A DNA stretch of 62,984 bases, the filler included. It is 4 parts of 4 records of this genome, joined end to end, with 100 filler letters (N's around TTAATTAATTAA, not from the genome) between each part and the next. Parts side by side here need not be neighbours in the genome. Positions count along the whole stretch, not along the records: positions 24,795 to 50,668 come from SRR20825006_1104; 3 more parts are not named here. The stretch is one strand, 5' to 3'. Positions 39,775 through 50,668 of this stretch are shown here, piece by piece. How positions within the stretch are numbered: the stretch's first letter is position 1; each line of letters starts with the position of its first letter. The translations under genes and the position numbers were made by a program. A model generated the notes under the pieces. That model had not been told where the DNA came from, searched no databases, and was given only the letters and a program-made list of their open reading frames with translations.

Positions 39775-40914
39775 TCATTCAGCTCTGATGTGCATCGCAC
39801 CCAGTGTGCCGTCGGGCGCGGTGCGGCTATCGGCCTCGACGGTGACCGAAAGCCCTGCTTTTAGATGACCTCTGTCCAACTCTTCCTGTGGGATTGAAAT
39901 ACGCACGGGAATACGCTGAACAACCTTGGTGAAATTGCCGGTGGCATTTTGTGGCGGCAAAAGCGCAAAAACCGAACCGGATGCCGGTGAGAACGAGACA
40001 ACTTTGCCGGTGAAATCATGGGTTTCATAAGCGTCCACAGAGACATGAACTTCTTCGCCAATCCCAAGCTTGTTCAGATCGGTTTCCTTGAAGTTGGCCT
40101 GAATGTAGAGAGCCTGCGTGGGGACCAGAGCCCCAAGGCGTTTGCCTGATGAAACCAGATCTCCGATCTGCACATTTTTGTTGCCGAAAATGCCGTCAAT
40201 CGGTGCGCGAATTGTCGTAAATGACAGGTCACGCCTGGCCTGTTCAACGGAAAGCTGGCTCTGCTTGAGCGCCGCCTGCTGCTGGGCAAGCTGCGCTTCG
40301 GCCGTGTTGATGTTGGACTTGGCGACTTCCACAGCAGCATTTGCAGCTTCGACCTGGGCTTTGAGGCGGTCAACCATCGCCCGCGCGTCATCAAACGAGG
40401 CCTCGGTCGCCGCTCCCTTTTCTTTCAGTGTATTTGCACGCTTCAATGCTGATTTGGCGTTCTCGATCTGTGGGTCCAGTGCATCGCGGTTGGCTCTGGC
40501 TTGGTTGAGCTGCGCTTTCGCACCTGCAATCTCGGCATTGGTCGCGTTTAGCGCTACCTTCTGGGCGTTCAATTGCGCCTCGGCCTGTGCCAGTGCGTTC
40601 TGATAGTCTCCATCATCGATCCGGATCAGAATGTCGCCTTTTTTGACGTTCTGATTGTCTTCGACGCTTATGCTTTCGACATAGCCAGAGACTTTTGGCG
40701 AGATTATTGCGATGTCGCCTTCGATATAGGCGTCATCGGTTGAAACCATGTAGCGGCCCGTTGTCCACCAATGCCAGCCGAACCAGCCTGTACCACCCAG
40801 AATGACCAGCGCAATCAGTGTGAAAACAGTCTTGCGTATACCACCGCCAGAACTGTGATTGCGGGCGGATGATATATCGTTGCTCTGACTCTCTGTGTCT
40901 GCGGTGTGGGTCAT
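39775..40914 (-). CDS. emrA: HlyD/EmrA membrane fusion protein
   Basis: STDDAY, ANFKET, NATGNFTKVVQRIPVRI. Confidence 0.92.
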   Translation of the reverse strand: MTHTADTESQSNDISSARNHSSGGGIRKTVFTLIALVILGGTGWFGWHWWTTGRYMVSTDDAYIEGDIAIISPKVSGYVESISVEDNQNVKKGDILIRIDDGDYQNALAQAEAQLNAQKVALNATNAEIAGAKAQLNQARANRDALDPQIENAKSALKRANTLKEKGAATEASFDDARAMVDRLKAQVEAANAAVEVAKSNINTAEAQLAQQQAALKQSQLSVEQARRDLSFTTIRAPIDGIFGNKNVQIGDLVSSGKRLGALVPTQALYIQANFKETDLNKLGIGEEVHVSVDAYETHDFTGKVVSFSPASGSVFALLPPQNATGNFTKVVQRIPVRISIPQEELDRGHLKAGLSVTVEADSRTAPDGTLGAMHIRAE

Positions 40915-40979
40915 CGTAAGGGGCCTTTCTCGTGCCGGCGCCGTTGAGGGCTTCCAGACAGGAGGGAATATTATTGGTT

Positions 40980-40997
40980 TCGAACCGAAAGGTTCGA
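40980..40997. promoter_or_regulatory. Palindromic TetR-type operator candidate upstream of emrA
   Basis: TCGAACC-GAAA-GGTTCGA perfect 7-4-7 inverted repeat. Confidence 0.6.
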
Positions 40998-41210
40998 TTT
41001 CGTTTCGGGTTCATCCCGAAGCAGGCGCTAACTTGTCTGGTGTGGAAGCGGAATTGACGTTATAAAACCCGAGGCATGGGTGCGAACGGAAACCTTAAAA
41101 CCTCTCGAACGGAATTATATGCACTTGTCATCCTATATCGCGTCATGTGTGTTTTTTTCAAGTGATTAAATTTTTGGATTGCGGCATCGCATTCAACTTG
41201 TCAATGGAGT

Positions 41211-41987
41211 TTGTTCTTGTCTGATCTTCTTGTACTGGCAACCATGCCCGAAGCCTGGGCTGCTCTCGTGACATTGATTGTGATGGAGGTCGTGCTCGGC
41301 ATTGATAATCTCGTTTTCATTTCGATCCTGACCAACAAGCTTCCGGAAGATCAGCGGCAACGCGCACGGCGGGTCGGCCTCGGTCTGGCGCTGATCCTTC
41401 GTCTCCTGCTGTTGGCCACCGTTGCGTTCATCGTTCAGTTGACGACGCCGGTTTTTTCGGCTTTCGGCCACGGGTTTTCCTGGAAGGATATTATTCTGAT
41501 GGCTGGTGGACTGTTTCTGGTCTGGAAAGCGACCAGGGAGATCCATCACAGTGTCGATCCTGATGAAAACCCCGGTGAAATGATCGGTGGTGTGGTGAAA
41601 ACCGGTTTCACCGCCGCGATCTTCCAGATCCTGCTGCTGGATCTGGTCTTTTCGATAGACAGCATTATCACTGCCGTTGGAATGACCGATCACCTGCCAA
41701 TCATGGTCATCGCCGTTGTCGTCGCCGTGACACTGATGCTGGTGGCTTCCGGCCCTCTGGCGCGTTTTATCGAAACCAACCCGACCATCGTCATGCTGGC
41801 GCTGGCTTTCCTTTTGATGATCGGTATGACTCTGATTGCCGACGGTCTCGGCTTTCATGTGCCCAAGGGGTATATTTATGCCGCCATGGTGTTTTCCGGT
41901 CTGGTGGAGTTTCTCAACATGCTGGCGCGGCGCAAGCGGCAGATGGCGCGGTCCGGGCGGGCAGCAGATGCGCAAACCCGCCATTGA
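41211..41987 (+). CDS. TerC-family membrane protein
   Basis: [22 protein letters not shown]. Confidence 0.9.
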   Translation: MFLSDLLVLATMPEAWAALVTLIVMEVVLGIDNLVFISILTNKLPEDQRQRARRVGLGLALILRLLLLATVAFIVQLTTPVFSAFGHGFSWKDIILMAGGLFLVWKATREIHHSVDPDENPGEMIGGVVKTGFTAAIFQILLLDLVFSIDSIITAVGMTDHLPIMVIAVVVAVTLMLVASGPLARFIETNPTIVMLALAFLLMIGMTLIADGLGFHVPKGYIYAAMVFSGLVEFLNMLARRKRQMARSGRAADAQTRH

Positions 41988-42175
41988 TGCCCGCGGTCTT
42001 GACGTTGCCGGTTGAATATGGCCTAAGGCTGGCCTGAAAGAGCCGCTTTTCTGGAAGGATGCATTGCGCCCTTTGCGGTTTTCTAGGAATCTCAGTTTTT
42101 AAAAGAACTCTTTCGGCCGGGCGCTTTAGCTCTTCCATCTTTCGCGGTCCGGCCGGCAGCATGGACAGACATCTC

Positions 42176-43642
42176 ATGAGCACAACCGGCCCGCGCCTGC
42201 GTATCGCACCGTCTCCCACCGGCGAGCCGCATGTCGGCACAGCCTATACAGCCCTTTTCAACTATCTCTATGCCAGGAAGATGGGCGGCACCTTCATCCT
42301 TCGTATCGAGGATACCGATGCTTCGCGCTCGACTCCCGAATACGAGCAAAACGTACTGGATGCGTTGAAATGGTGCGGGCTCGAGTGGTCTGAAGGGCCG
42401 GATGTCGGCGGGCCGTATGGCCCCTACCGTCAGTCGGATCGCAAAGATCTCTACCGTCCCTATGTCGACAAGCTCGTAGAGGACGGTCACGCTTTTTGCT
42501 GCTTCTGCACGCCGGAGCGACTGGAGCGAATGCGTGCCGGGCAGCGTGCCGAGGGACGGGCCCCGAAGTATGACGGGCTCTGCATGCATCTGAAGGCGGA
42601 AGAGGTCCGAACCCGCATTGAAGCCGGTGAGCCGCATGTCGTGCGGATGAAGATTCCTGAAGACGGCGTTTGCAAGTTCACCGACGGTGTTTACGGCGAA
42701 GTTGAGATCCCCTGGGATGCCGTTGATATGCAGGTGCTGCTGAAGGCTGACGGCATGCCGACCTATCATATGGCCAACGTGGTTGATGACCATCTGATGA
42801 AGATCACGCATGTGGCGCGCGGCGAAGAGTGGCTGGCCTCGGTGCCGAAGCACATTCTGCTTTATACATATCTGGGCCTTGAACCACCGCAGTTTTTCCA
42901 TCTGCCGCTGATGAAGAATCCTGACAAATCAAAACTGTCGAAGCGTAAGAACCCGACATCGATTTCCTACTATTCCGCGCAGGGCTATCTGGCCGAAGCG
43001 CTGATGAACTTTCTTGGCCTGTTCTTCATTCAGATCGCAGAAGGCGAGGAAATGATGGATATGGACGAACTTATCGAGAAGTTCGACGCCGATAATCTCA
43101 ACAAGGCGGGTGCTGTTTTCGATACGCAGAAGCTGGAATGGTTGAACGGCCGCTTCATTCGCGAGCGGTTGTCGGAAGACGATTTTATCATGCGCGTGGC
43201 CGAATGGGCGGCGGAGAACAGCCGCCTGAAAGACGGCCTTAAGCTCTCGCATAGCCGAATTGCCAAACTGGGCGAGTTGCCCGGACTGATGGGATTCCTG
43301 CTGGCATCCGATATGGTGCCTGCGCCAGAAGCTTTTGCCAAAATCAAGAAAACCACTCCTGAAGAAATTCTGGAAATCCTGAAAGCCGTTCAGCCGGCGC
43401 TCGAAAAGTTGGTGGAATGGAACGCGGAAACCGTGGAGCAGGCACTGCGCCAGCTTGCCGACGACATGGACAAGAAGCTCCGCATCGTCGTCGCGCCGCT
43501 GTTTGTGGCAATGTCCGGCTCCTCGCGTTCGTTGCCGCTGTTTGATTCCATGGCTGTGCTTGGTCGCGCCGTTGTGCGCCAGCGGCTGAAAACGGCAGAA
43601 AGCATTGTTGCGCAGATGATTACAGAAGAGGCAGGCAAGTAA
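42176..43642 (+). CDS. gltX: Glutamate-tRNA ligase
   Basis: RIAPSPTG, HVGT, RIEDTD, KLSKR. Confidence 0.95.
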   Translation: MSTTGPRLRIAPSPTGEPHVGTAYTALFNYLYARKMGGTFILRIEDTDASRSTPEYEQNVLDALKWCGLEWSEGPDVGGPYGPYRQSDRKDLYRPYVDKLVEDGHAFCCFCTPERLERMRAGQRAEGRAPKYDGLCMHLKAEEVRTRIEAGEPHVVRMKIPEDGVCKFTDGVYGEVEIPWDAVDMQVLLKADGMPTYHMANVVDDHLMKITHVARGEEWLASVPKHILLYTYLGLEPPQFFHLPLMKNPDKSKLSKRKNPTSISYYSAQGYLAEALMNFLGLFFIQIAEGEEMMDMDELIEKFDADNLNKAGAVFDTQKLEWLNGRFIRERLSEDDFIMRVAEWAAENSRLKDGLKLSHSRIAKLGELPGLMGFLLASDMVPAPEAFAKIKKTTPEEILEILKAVQPALEKLVEWNAETVEQALRQLADDMDKKLRIVVAPLFVAMSGSSRSLPLFDSMAVLGRAVVRQRLKTAESIVAQMITEEAGK

Positions 43643-43643
43643 A

Positions 43644-45137
43644 ATGAACAAGAAGACTGAAGAACAGGCCCTTTCTTCTGACGCGACCGAAGTTCGTGCG
43701 CAAAAGCTGGAAATCCTGCGTGAGAAAATCGGCGACGTTTACCCGGCGCATTTTCACCGCACGATCACCAATGCGGAACTGGCGGAAAAATACGCGGATC
43801 TGCCGGACGATACCGTAACTGAGGATGTTGTTACTGTTGCGGGTCGCGTTTATTCGATGCGCAATTCCGGCATGTTCGTCGATCTGCGCGATGCGTCCGG
43901 CAAGATTCAAATCTTTTCGCACAAGGACACAACGCCGGAAGAGGTGCGCGATCTTTGGTCGCTGGTCGATCTGGCCGATATCGTTGGTGTGACCGGCGTG
44001 GTCCGCCGCACCAAGCGCGGCGAACTGACGATCAACGCGCAAGAGCTGATCATGCTCACCAAGTCACTGAAGCCGATGCCGGAAAAATATCATGGTCTGG
44101 CCGATATCGAGACGCGTTACCGCCAGCGCTATCTCGACATCATGAGCAATGAGGATTCGAAGCTGCGTTTCGTCCAGCGCTCGAAAATCCTCTCCGGCGT
44201 GCGTCGTTTCCTCGAAGGCGAGGGCTTCATGGAAGTCGAGACGCCGATGCTGCAGTCGATTTATGGCGGCGCTTCGGCCGACCCGTTCAAGACGCATCAT
44301 AATGCGCTTGATATCGATATGTATCTGAGGATCGCGCCCGAGCTTTATCTTAAGCGCATTCTGGTTTCCGGACTTACCGACAAGGTATTCGAGGTCAACC
44401 GCAACTTCCGGAACGAAGGGGTTTCGACCCGGCATAATCCTGAATTCACGATGATGGAATGCTACTGGGCCTATGCCGATTACGAAGACATGATGGGCAT
44501 CGTAGAGCGTATGTTTGAGACGCTGGCCGTTTCGCTTCATGGCGATGCAAAGGTCAAGTTCGGCGAGCAGGAGTTCAGCTTCAAAGGGCCGTTTAGGCGC
44601 GTTCCGATGCCTGATGCCGTCAAGGAAGCAACCGGCATTGATTTTCTTGCGATCAAGACTGATGAAGATGCCCGCGAAGCTGCCAAGGCTGCCGGTTTCG
44701 AGATTGAGGATGACTGGACCTGGGGTGAATGCCTTGCCTTTATCTTTGAGGAAAAGGTCGAGGCGACGTTGATTCAGCCCTCTCACGTCACCCATTTCCC
44801 GAAGGACATTTCACCCTTTGCCAAGGAAGTGCCGGGTGAGCCGCGTCTGGTTGAGCGTTTCGAAACCTATGTCAACGGCTGGGAATTGGGCAACGCGTTT
44901 TCCGAACTTAACGACCCGGTCGAGCAGCGCCGTCGCATGGTCGAGCAGCTTGAGCAGGCTCATGACCGTGGCGAGATGGAAAAGAAACTGGACGACGATT
45001 TCCTCAACGCCATGGACCACGGAATGCCGCCGGCCGGCGGGCTTGGCATCGGTATCGACCGCTTGATCATGCTTTTGACCGATGGTCCATCGATCCGCGA
45101 TGTGATCCTCTTTCCGGCCCGCCGCCAGAAGGACTGA
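43644..45137 (+). CDS. lysS: Lysine-tRNA ligase, class II
   Basis: OB fold, LRIAPELYLKR, FRNEG, GLGIGIDR. Confidence 0.96.
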   Translation: MNKKTEEQALSSDATEVRAQKLEILREKIGDVYPAHFHRTITNAELAEKYADLPDDTVTEDVVTVAGRVYSMRNSGMFVDLRDASGKIQIFSHKDTTPEEVRDLWSLVDLADIVGVTGVVRRTKRGELTINAQELIMLTKSLKPMPEKYHGLADIETRYRQRYLDIMSNEDSKLRFVQRSKILSGVRRFLEGEGFMEVETPMLQSIYGGASADPFKTHHNALDIDMYLRIAPELYLKRILVSGLTDKVFEVNRNFRNEGVSTRHNPEFTMMECYWAYADYEDMMGIVERMFETLAVSLHGDAKVKFGEQEFSFKGPFRRVPMPDAVKEATGIDFLAIKTDEDAREAAKAAGFEIEDDWTWGECLAFIFEEKVEATLIQPSHVTHFPKDISPFAKEVPGEPRLVERFETYVNGWELGNAFSELNDPVEQRRRMVEQLEQAHDRGEMEKKLDDDFLNAMDHGMPPAGGLGIGIDRLIMLLTDGPSIRDVILFPARRQKD

Positions 45138-45160
45138 GGCGCCGGCATTCCGTCATGTTC

Positions 45161-45190
45161 AAAAGCCCGGACGGATTCGCCCGGGCCTTT
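45161..45190. terminator. Bidirectional terminator
   Basis: AAAAGCCCGG..CCGGGCCTTT between convergent genes. Confidence 0.65.
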
Positions 45191-45219
45191 GTCTGCACAT
45201 CTTGAAGTCGTGTCGCGGA

Positions 45220-45432
45220 TCAGTCCCGCGCCCGGTAGGCATCGGGAATCCTGAAAGTCTCGTCGGCGCGATAATAGCCGCCGTCCTTCACTTCCTCGAT
45301 CAGTACCATGGTATGCGGCCGGGCGGCCTCGGAAAAATACTCGACCAGCATATCGGTCAGGCGGTGGCTGATTTCCGCCTTCTGTGCGGTTGTGAGTGAT
45401 GCTTCAGGGGTCTTTATGTTGACGAATGGCAT
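45220..45432 (-). CDS. 4-oxalocrotonate tautomerase family protein
   Basis: 70 aa, catalytic Pro1 (MPFVNIK). Confidence 0.85.
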   Translation of the reverse strand: MPFVNIKTPEASLTTAQKAEISHRLTDMLVEYFSEAARPHTMVLIEEVKDGGYYRADETFRIPDAYRARD

Positions 45433-45446
45433 TGTGCTCTCCTTTG

Positions 45447-46175
45447 CTAAATCATGCCGCCATTGACGCGCAGCACCTGTCCGCTGACATAGCGGGCCTG
45501 CTCGCTCACCAGAAAGGCGACGACGTCGGCGATATCGGCGGGCTCGCCGAGACGACCGGCCGGGATCATGCCGGTCAGGCGATCAATCAGTTCCTCGCTC
45601 TTGCCATCGAGAAACAGTTCGGTTGCGACAGGGCCGGGGGCGACCGCGTTCACCGTGATCCCGCGCGATGCCAGCTCCTTGGCGGCGATGTGGGTCATGG
45701 TTTCGACAGCGGCCTTGGTTGCGGCGTAGATGCCGTAGGACGGCAGTCTGGTGCCGACGACGCTGGTGGAAAAATTGACGATGCGCCCGCCGTCGGCGAG
45801 CCGGTTGGCCGCTTCGCGTATGCCCCGGAAGGTGCCGCCGAAATTGATTTCAACCTCGCGGGCGAAGGCTTCGTCGGTAAAATCCTTCAATGGCGCGAGC
45901 AGCAGCACGCCGCCATTGTTGATCAGAATATCGGCCTTGCCGAAGTGTTTTTCGGCAGCGTCGAACAGCATCTTCACGCCATCGCTTGCGGCAAGATCAG
46001 CCTGAACAGCAACAGCTTGGCCGCCAGAAGCTGTGATTTCGTCGACGACGGTCTCGGCCGCCTTCGGGCTGCTTGCATAATTGACGATGACGCTGATGCC
46101 GTTTTTCGCCAGCCGCTTTGCGATCGCGGCTCCAATACCGCGCGATGCGCCCGTGACAATTGCTGTCTGGGTCAT
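45447..46175 (-). CDS. SDR oxidoreductase
   Basis: TGASRGIG, YAATK, VAPGP. Confidence 0.92.
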   Translation of the reverse strand: MTQTAIVTGASRGIGAAIAKRLAKNGISVIVNYASSPKAAETVVDEITASGGQAVAVQADLAASDGVKMLFDAAEKHFGKADILINNGGVLLLAPLKDFTDEAFAREVEINFGGTFRGIREAANRLADGGRIVNFSTSVVGTRLPSYGIYAATKAAVETMTHIAAKELASRGITVNAVAPGPVATELFLDGKSEELIDRLTGMIPAGRLGEPADIADVVAFLVSEQARYVSGQVLRVNGGMI

Positions 46176-46272
46176 TTCGATCTCCTTTCATGTTCGGGCA
46201 GAAGATAAACCTATTCAAAGCACAAACAATTCTCGGGGAATTGACATCATAATTCGCCTGTGATGAACAATT

Positions 46273-47169
46273 GTGATGGACAGACTGGATCGGATGCGGC
46301 TTTTCACTCGTGTCGTGGAGCGTGGCAGCTTTTCAGCCGCCGCACACGACCTGGGGCTGGCACGCTCAACGGCAACCGAAGCGATCAAAACACTTGAAGC
46401 GTCGCTCGGGATCCGGCTTCTGGAACGGACCACGCGGCATGTGACCCCAACACTGGATGGCGATGCTTTCTACAGGCGTGCTATTTCCATTCTCGCAGAT
46501 GTGGATGAAGCTGAAAGTGTTTTTCGGGATGCCAGTCCGCGTGGACTTCTGCGTGTTGAAGCACATCCGCTTTTAACCCAAACGTTTTTGTTGCCAGCAC
46601 TGCCGTCTTTTCTGATGCGCTATCCGGCGCTTTACCTGCATTTCGGGCAGGGCGACAGACTGGTTGATCTTGTGCGGGAGGGTGTCGACTGCGCGATACG
46701 GGCCGGGGAGCTTGATGATTCCAGTCTGATTGTTCGCCGTCTCGGTACGCTGGAAGAGATCACCTGTGCCAGCCCTTCCTATCTTGAAGCCTGTGGCATC
46801 CCGCGTTCGCCGGATGATCTGGAGAGACATAAGGCTGTCGGCTTCGTCTCATCGCGCACCGGTGAGGTTATGCCGCTGGAGTTTATGTCTGCTGGCAAAG
46901 TGAAGTTTGTGCGTTTGCCTTGCCGCGTAACGGCCAATAATTCCGATACGGCGGCTGAGCTTGCACGGCTGGGTTTCGGTCTGGTTCAGGCCCCGCGCTA
47001 TCGTTTCGCTGACGACCTTGAGAACGGCCGGTTGATTGAGGTCTTGCCGGATTTTCCGCCTTCGCCGACCCCGCTTTCTGCCATTTATCCGCAGAACCGC
47101 CAGATGTCGCCGCGTCTCAGAGTATTTCTGGATTGGGTTCGTGAAATTTTCTCTCAAGCCGGATTGTGA
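46273..47169 (+). CDS. LysR-family regulator
   Basis: GSFSAAA..LLERTTR HTH; divergent from the SDR. Confidence 0.92.
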   Translation: MMDRLDRMRLFTRVVERGSFSAAAHDLGLARSTATEAIKTLEASLGIRLLERTTRHVTPTLDGDAFYRRAISILADVDEAESVFRDASPRGLLRVEAHPLLTQTFLLPALPSFLMRYPALYLHFGQGDRLVDLVREGVDCAIRAGELDDSSLIVRRLGTLEEITCASPSYLEACGIPRSPDDLERHKAVGFVSSRTGEVMPLEFMSAGKVKFVRLPCRVTANNSDTAAELARLGFGLVQAPRYRFADDLENGRLIEVLPDFPPSPTPLSAIYPQNRQMSPRLRVFLDWVREIFSQAGL

Positions 47170-47271
47170 CGCTTTTTGCAGTAATTTCTATAAGCGATAA
47201 CTTACCTACATATCTTGTGTTTGAAGTATGATCTCCCACATATGATTAATAAGGAAAAACAGGAGGCACTC

Positions 47272-48036
47272 ATGGCAGAACTTCAGAACAAGGTTGCGAT
47301 CATCACCGGCGGATCAGGCGGGATTGGCGTTGCCACGGCAAAACGTATGCTGGCGGAAGGCGCGCGCGTGTTGTTGGTCGATCTCGACGAGAACGCGCTG
47401 AAGGATGCGACTGCCGAACTCGGACATGACAAGGCGGCTTATGCCGTGGCCGACGTCACCGATCCCGACCAGACAAAGGCCTATGTCGCGGCGGCGGTCG
47501 AAAAATTCGGCAAGCTCGACATCCTCGTCGCCAATGCCGGCATTGAAGGCGTGGTCAAACCGATCGCCGATTATCCGGTCGAAATGTTCGACAAGGTCAT
47601 TGCGGTCAATGTGCGCGGCGTCTTTCTTGGCCTGAAATATGCCATGCCCGAGTTGAAGAAGACCAAGGGCAATGTGGTGATCATGTCTTCCGTGGCCGGC
47701 CTTGGCGGGACGCCGGACGTATCGGCCTACATCACGTCCAAGCATGCTCTCGTCGGCCTGATGCGCACTGCGGCACTTGAGGGCGCGCGCGACGGTATTC
47801 GCGTCAACTCGATACATCCTTCACCCGTTGAAACACGGATGATGCGCTCGCTGGAAGAAGGCTTCGCGCCGGGCCATGGCGGAGAGGCCAAAAAGGGCTT
47901 CGCCGCAAGCATTCCGCTTCAGCGCTATGCCGAGCCCGACGAGATCGCCGATGCGGTCGTTTATCTTTCAAGCGATCATGCCAAATTCATTACCGGCGTT
48001 CGCTTGCCTGTCGATGGTGGCATGACCGCAGACTGA
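47272..48036 (+). CDS. SDR oxidoreductase
   Basis: AGGAGG RBS; TGGSGGIG, NAG, YITSK. Confidence 0.92.
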   Translation: MAELQNKVAIITGGSGGIGVATAKRMLAEGARVLLVDLDENALKDATAELGHDKAAYAVADVTDPDQTKAYVAAAVEKFGKLDILVANAGIEGVVKPIADYPVEMFDKVIAVNVRGVFLGLKYAMPELKKTKGNVVIMSSVAGLGGTPDVSAYITSKHALVGLMRTAALEGARDGIRVNSIHPSPVETRMMRSLEEGFAPGHGGEAKKGFAASIPLQRYAEPDEIADAVVYLSSDHAKFITGVRLPVDGGMTAD

Positions 48037-48073
48037 TACTCAAAAGCTCTCCCGCGGCGCGTTCGCCGTGAAC

Positions 48074-48109
48074 AAAGGCCCGGATTGCGATATGCAATTC
48101 GGGCCTTTT
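48074..48109. terminator. Bidirectional terminator
   Basis: AAAGGCCCGGATTGC..GCAATTCGGGCCTTTT. Confidence 0.75.
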
Positions 48110-48113
48110 GCGT

Positions 48114-49499
48114 TCACAGTCCGGGCCAGTTTGTAATCGGGCCGCGCCAGCTTTCATAGGATTTTGAAAGGGCGATAACGCCAAGATCGTCAAACCGCGG
48201 CCTGACTATCTGAAGGCCGATCGGCATTCCCGATTTGGAAAAGCCGCAATTAATCGAGGCGGCGGGCTGCTCGCCCATGTTCCAGGGCAGAGTAAAGGCA
48301 ATATGCTCAAACGGTCGCTGTGGGTCATTGGTCGGGGATGCCCATTCGGCAGGATAGGAGACGCTCGGATTGACCGGTGAAAGCACGGAATCGACGTTTT
48401 GGAACACCGCCGCACAGGCATCGCGCATCGCCATTGTGGCATCGAACCCCTTGGCAACGTCCAGCGGGTCTGCGTCTCCGCCGGTCTTCGCCCAGTTATA
48501 AATATAAGGCAGGACCAGCCGACGGCGTTCTTCGGTCAGTTTCAGCATCATGCCCCGGAAACGTGCGCGCCAGAAGACGTCGAGACCGTCCAGCCATTCG
48601 CGTTTCAGAACCGGCGGGATCTCGATGATTTCCGCACCTTCGGCCTCGAACTGCTTTGCAGCGGCAATCACCGCGGCCTTGACCTCCGGGTCGGCATCAA
48701 GACCGCAGCCTGCATCAAGCATCACGCCGATTTTCATGCCTTTGACCTTTGCGGGCGCAACGTTCCAGTCAAGCGCCTGGTAGTTGACCGATGTCGCATC
48801 ACGCCAGTCGGGTCTGGAAATGGTCGGCATCACCATGACAGCATCGTCGACGGTGCGGGTCATCGGCCCGGCGCAGCGGCCGGTATAGTACGGGAAAATC
48901 GGAATGCGGCCGAGCGTTGGCTTGAAGCCGAAAAGGCCGGTCCAACCCGCCGGAAGGCGCACCGAACCGCCAATATCCGTGCCGATGTGAAGTGGACCGA
49001 ACCCGGCAGCGCCTGCACTTGCCGCGCCTGCAGACGAGCCGCCGGGATTTTGCGAAAGATCCCACGGGTTGCGGCTTAAGTGGTGGAAAGTCGACAGGCC
49101 GGAAGACAACATGCCGTAATCCGGGCACGTGGTCTTGGCGAAGATGATCGCGCCGTCTTCCTTCAGCCGTGCAGCCGTTGGCGCATCTTCGGCTGCCGGT
49201 GTCAGTGACGTGGCGGCCGTGCCCTGCGGCACTGGATCGCCTTTGGTGGCGATGAGTTCTTTCACGGTCACGGGTACGCCATCCAGCGGGCCGGTCGTTT
49301 CACCCTTCTGCCAGCGACCGGTGGAAGCCTCAGCCTGTTTCAGTGCTTCTTCGGGCTTGAAAGCGTATAGCGCGCAGACTTTCGGCTCAATGGTTTCAAC
49401 GCGGTCGATCAGCCAACGCATATATTCGGTAGGGCTGGTTTCGCCGCTTCGATAGGCGTTCAAAAGAGCGCGTGTGTTCATTGCGGAAAATTCGGTCAT
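48114..49499 (-). CDS. Amidase signature family enzyme
   Basis: GVPVTVK, GGSSAG, GTDIGGSVRLP. Confidence 0.92.
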   Translation of the reverse strand: MTEFSAMNTRALLNAYRSGETSPTEYMRWLIDRVETIEPKVCALYAFKPEEALKQAEASTGRWQKGETTGPLDGVPVTVKELIATKGDPVPQGTAATSLTPAAEDAPTAARLKEDGAIIFAKTTCPDYGMLSSGLSTFHHLSRNPWDLSQNPGGSSAGAASAGAAGFGPLHIGTDIGGSVRLPAGWTGLFGFKPTLGRIPIFPYYTGRCAGPMTRTVDDAVMVMPTISRPDWRDATSVNYQALDWNVAPAKVKGMKIGVMLDAGCGLDADPEVKAAVIAAAKQFEAEGAEIIEIPPVLKREWLDGLDVFWRARFRGMMLKLTEERRRLVLPYIYNWAKTGGDADPLDVAKGFDATMAMRDACAAVFQNVDSVLSPVNPSVSYPAEWASPTNDPQRPFEHIAFTLPWNMGEQPAASINCGFSKSGMPIGLQIVRPRFDDLGVIALSKSYESWRGPITNWPGL

Positions 49500-49552
49500 T
49501 TTCGAAATCCGGTTTCAGATAAAAGTCGGGGATCTAATTTTGAAAGGTCTGT

Positions 49553-50371
49553 CTATGTCGGAGGCGGCGGTTCGCCCGTATGACGTTTTCTGCGACCGAT
49601 ATGCTCCAGTGTGGGCTCGGCTGAAAGCAGCCGTTGCGTATAAGCTTCGTGCGGCGCATCTAGCACTTGCCGGACGGGGCCGGTTTCCACCAGTCTGCCC
49701 GCCTGCATGACGGCCACATTGTCGCAAATCTCATCGACGACACCGATATTGTGGGTGATGAACAGCACTGAAACGCCGTGGTGGTCGCGCATGTCGCGTA
49801 TGAGTTTCAGGATCTGCGCCTGCACTGTGAGGTCGAGTGCGGAGGTGGCTTCGTCCGCAACAATCAGCTTTGGCTTTGTGATCAGAGCACGAGCAATAGC
49901 GATGCGCTGACGCTGCCCCCCGGAAAACTCATGCGGATATTTGTCCATGTCAGCGGCGGAAAGCCCGACTTCTTCCAATAATGCGCCGATGCGCTCACGC
50001 CGGGCCTTGCCGGTTGGCGCATTGCTTTCCAGATAGAGGGGTTCGGCAATGATGCGGGAAACTTTATGGCGGGGGTCGAGTGAGCCGTAAGGGTCCTGAA
50101 ACACCATCTGAAAATTGGCCCGGAAACGCCGCAGCCTTGCCGCTGTCAGAGCGAAGATATCTTCGCCTTCAAACAGAATATTGCCGGAGGTCGGCGTGTC
50201 GAGCGCCATAACAATGCGAGCCAGCGTCGACTTGCCGGACCCGCTTTCGCCGACAATACCGAGTATTTCACCACTGCTGACCGTGAGCGATACATTGTCG
50301 ACGGCGCGAACGGTGGCACCGCCAAGACCGAACTCGCGCGAGAGGTTGACGATTTCAAGCAGCTTGCTCAT
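49553..50371 (-). CDS. Peptide ABC transporter ATP-binding protein
   Basis: GESGSGKS, FSGGQRQR, DEATSALD. Confidence 0.92.
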   Translation of the reverse strand: MSKLLEIVNLSREFGLGGATVRAVDNVSLTVSSGEILGIVGESGSGKSTLARIVMALDTPTSGNILFEGEDIFALTAARLRRFRANFQMVFQDPYGSLDPRHKVSRIIAEPLYLESNAPTGKARRERIGALLEEVGLSAADMDKYPHEFSGGQRQRIAIARALITKPKLIVADEATSALDLTVQAQILKLIRDMRDHHGVSVLFITHNIGVVDEICDNVAVMQAGRLVETGPVRQVLDAPHEAYTQRLLSAEPTLEHIGRRKRHTGEPPPPT

Positions 50372-50668
50372 GGCATTTCTCCTGAAGCAGGCGGCGTGAT
50401 TTCAAGACCTGCGCGTGCCCGGCGCGGAAGCGCTGAAAGCAGTTTGCGGGTATACTCATGGCCCGGTTGGCGAAGTACGCGTTCGGTCTCACCCTGTTCC
50501 ATTTCATTGCCGCGATACATCACCAGTGTGCGGTCTGCGATCCGGGCGATGACACCGAGATCGTGTGATATCAGGATCAGCGCAATGCCGAGTTCACTGA
50601 CAAGATCATCAAGGATATCGAGAATTTCAGCCTGAACGGTCACATCGAGCGCGGTTGTCGGCTCATCG
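50368..50668 (-). CDS. Peptide ABC transporter ATP-binding protein, 3' fragment
   Basis: DEPTTALDVTVQ, ISHDLG, HEYT. Confidence 0.88.

Noticed and set aside
41000-41210. yybP-ykoY riboswitch upstream of terC
   Set aside because: No recognisable consensus.
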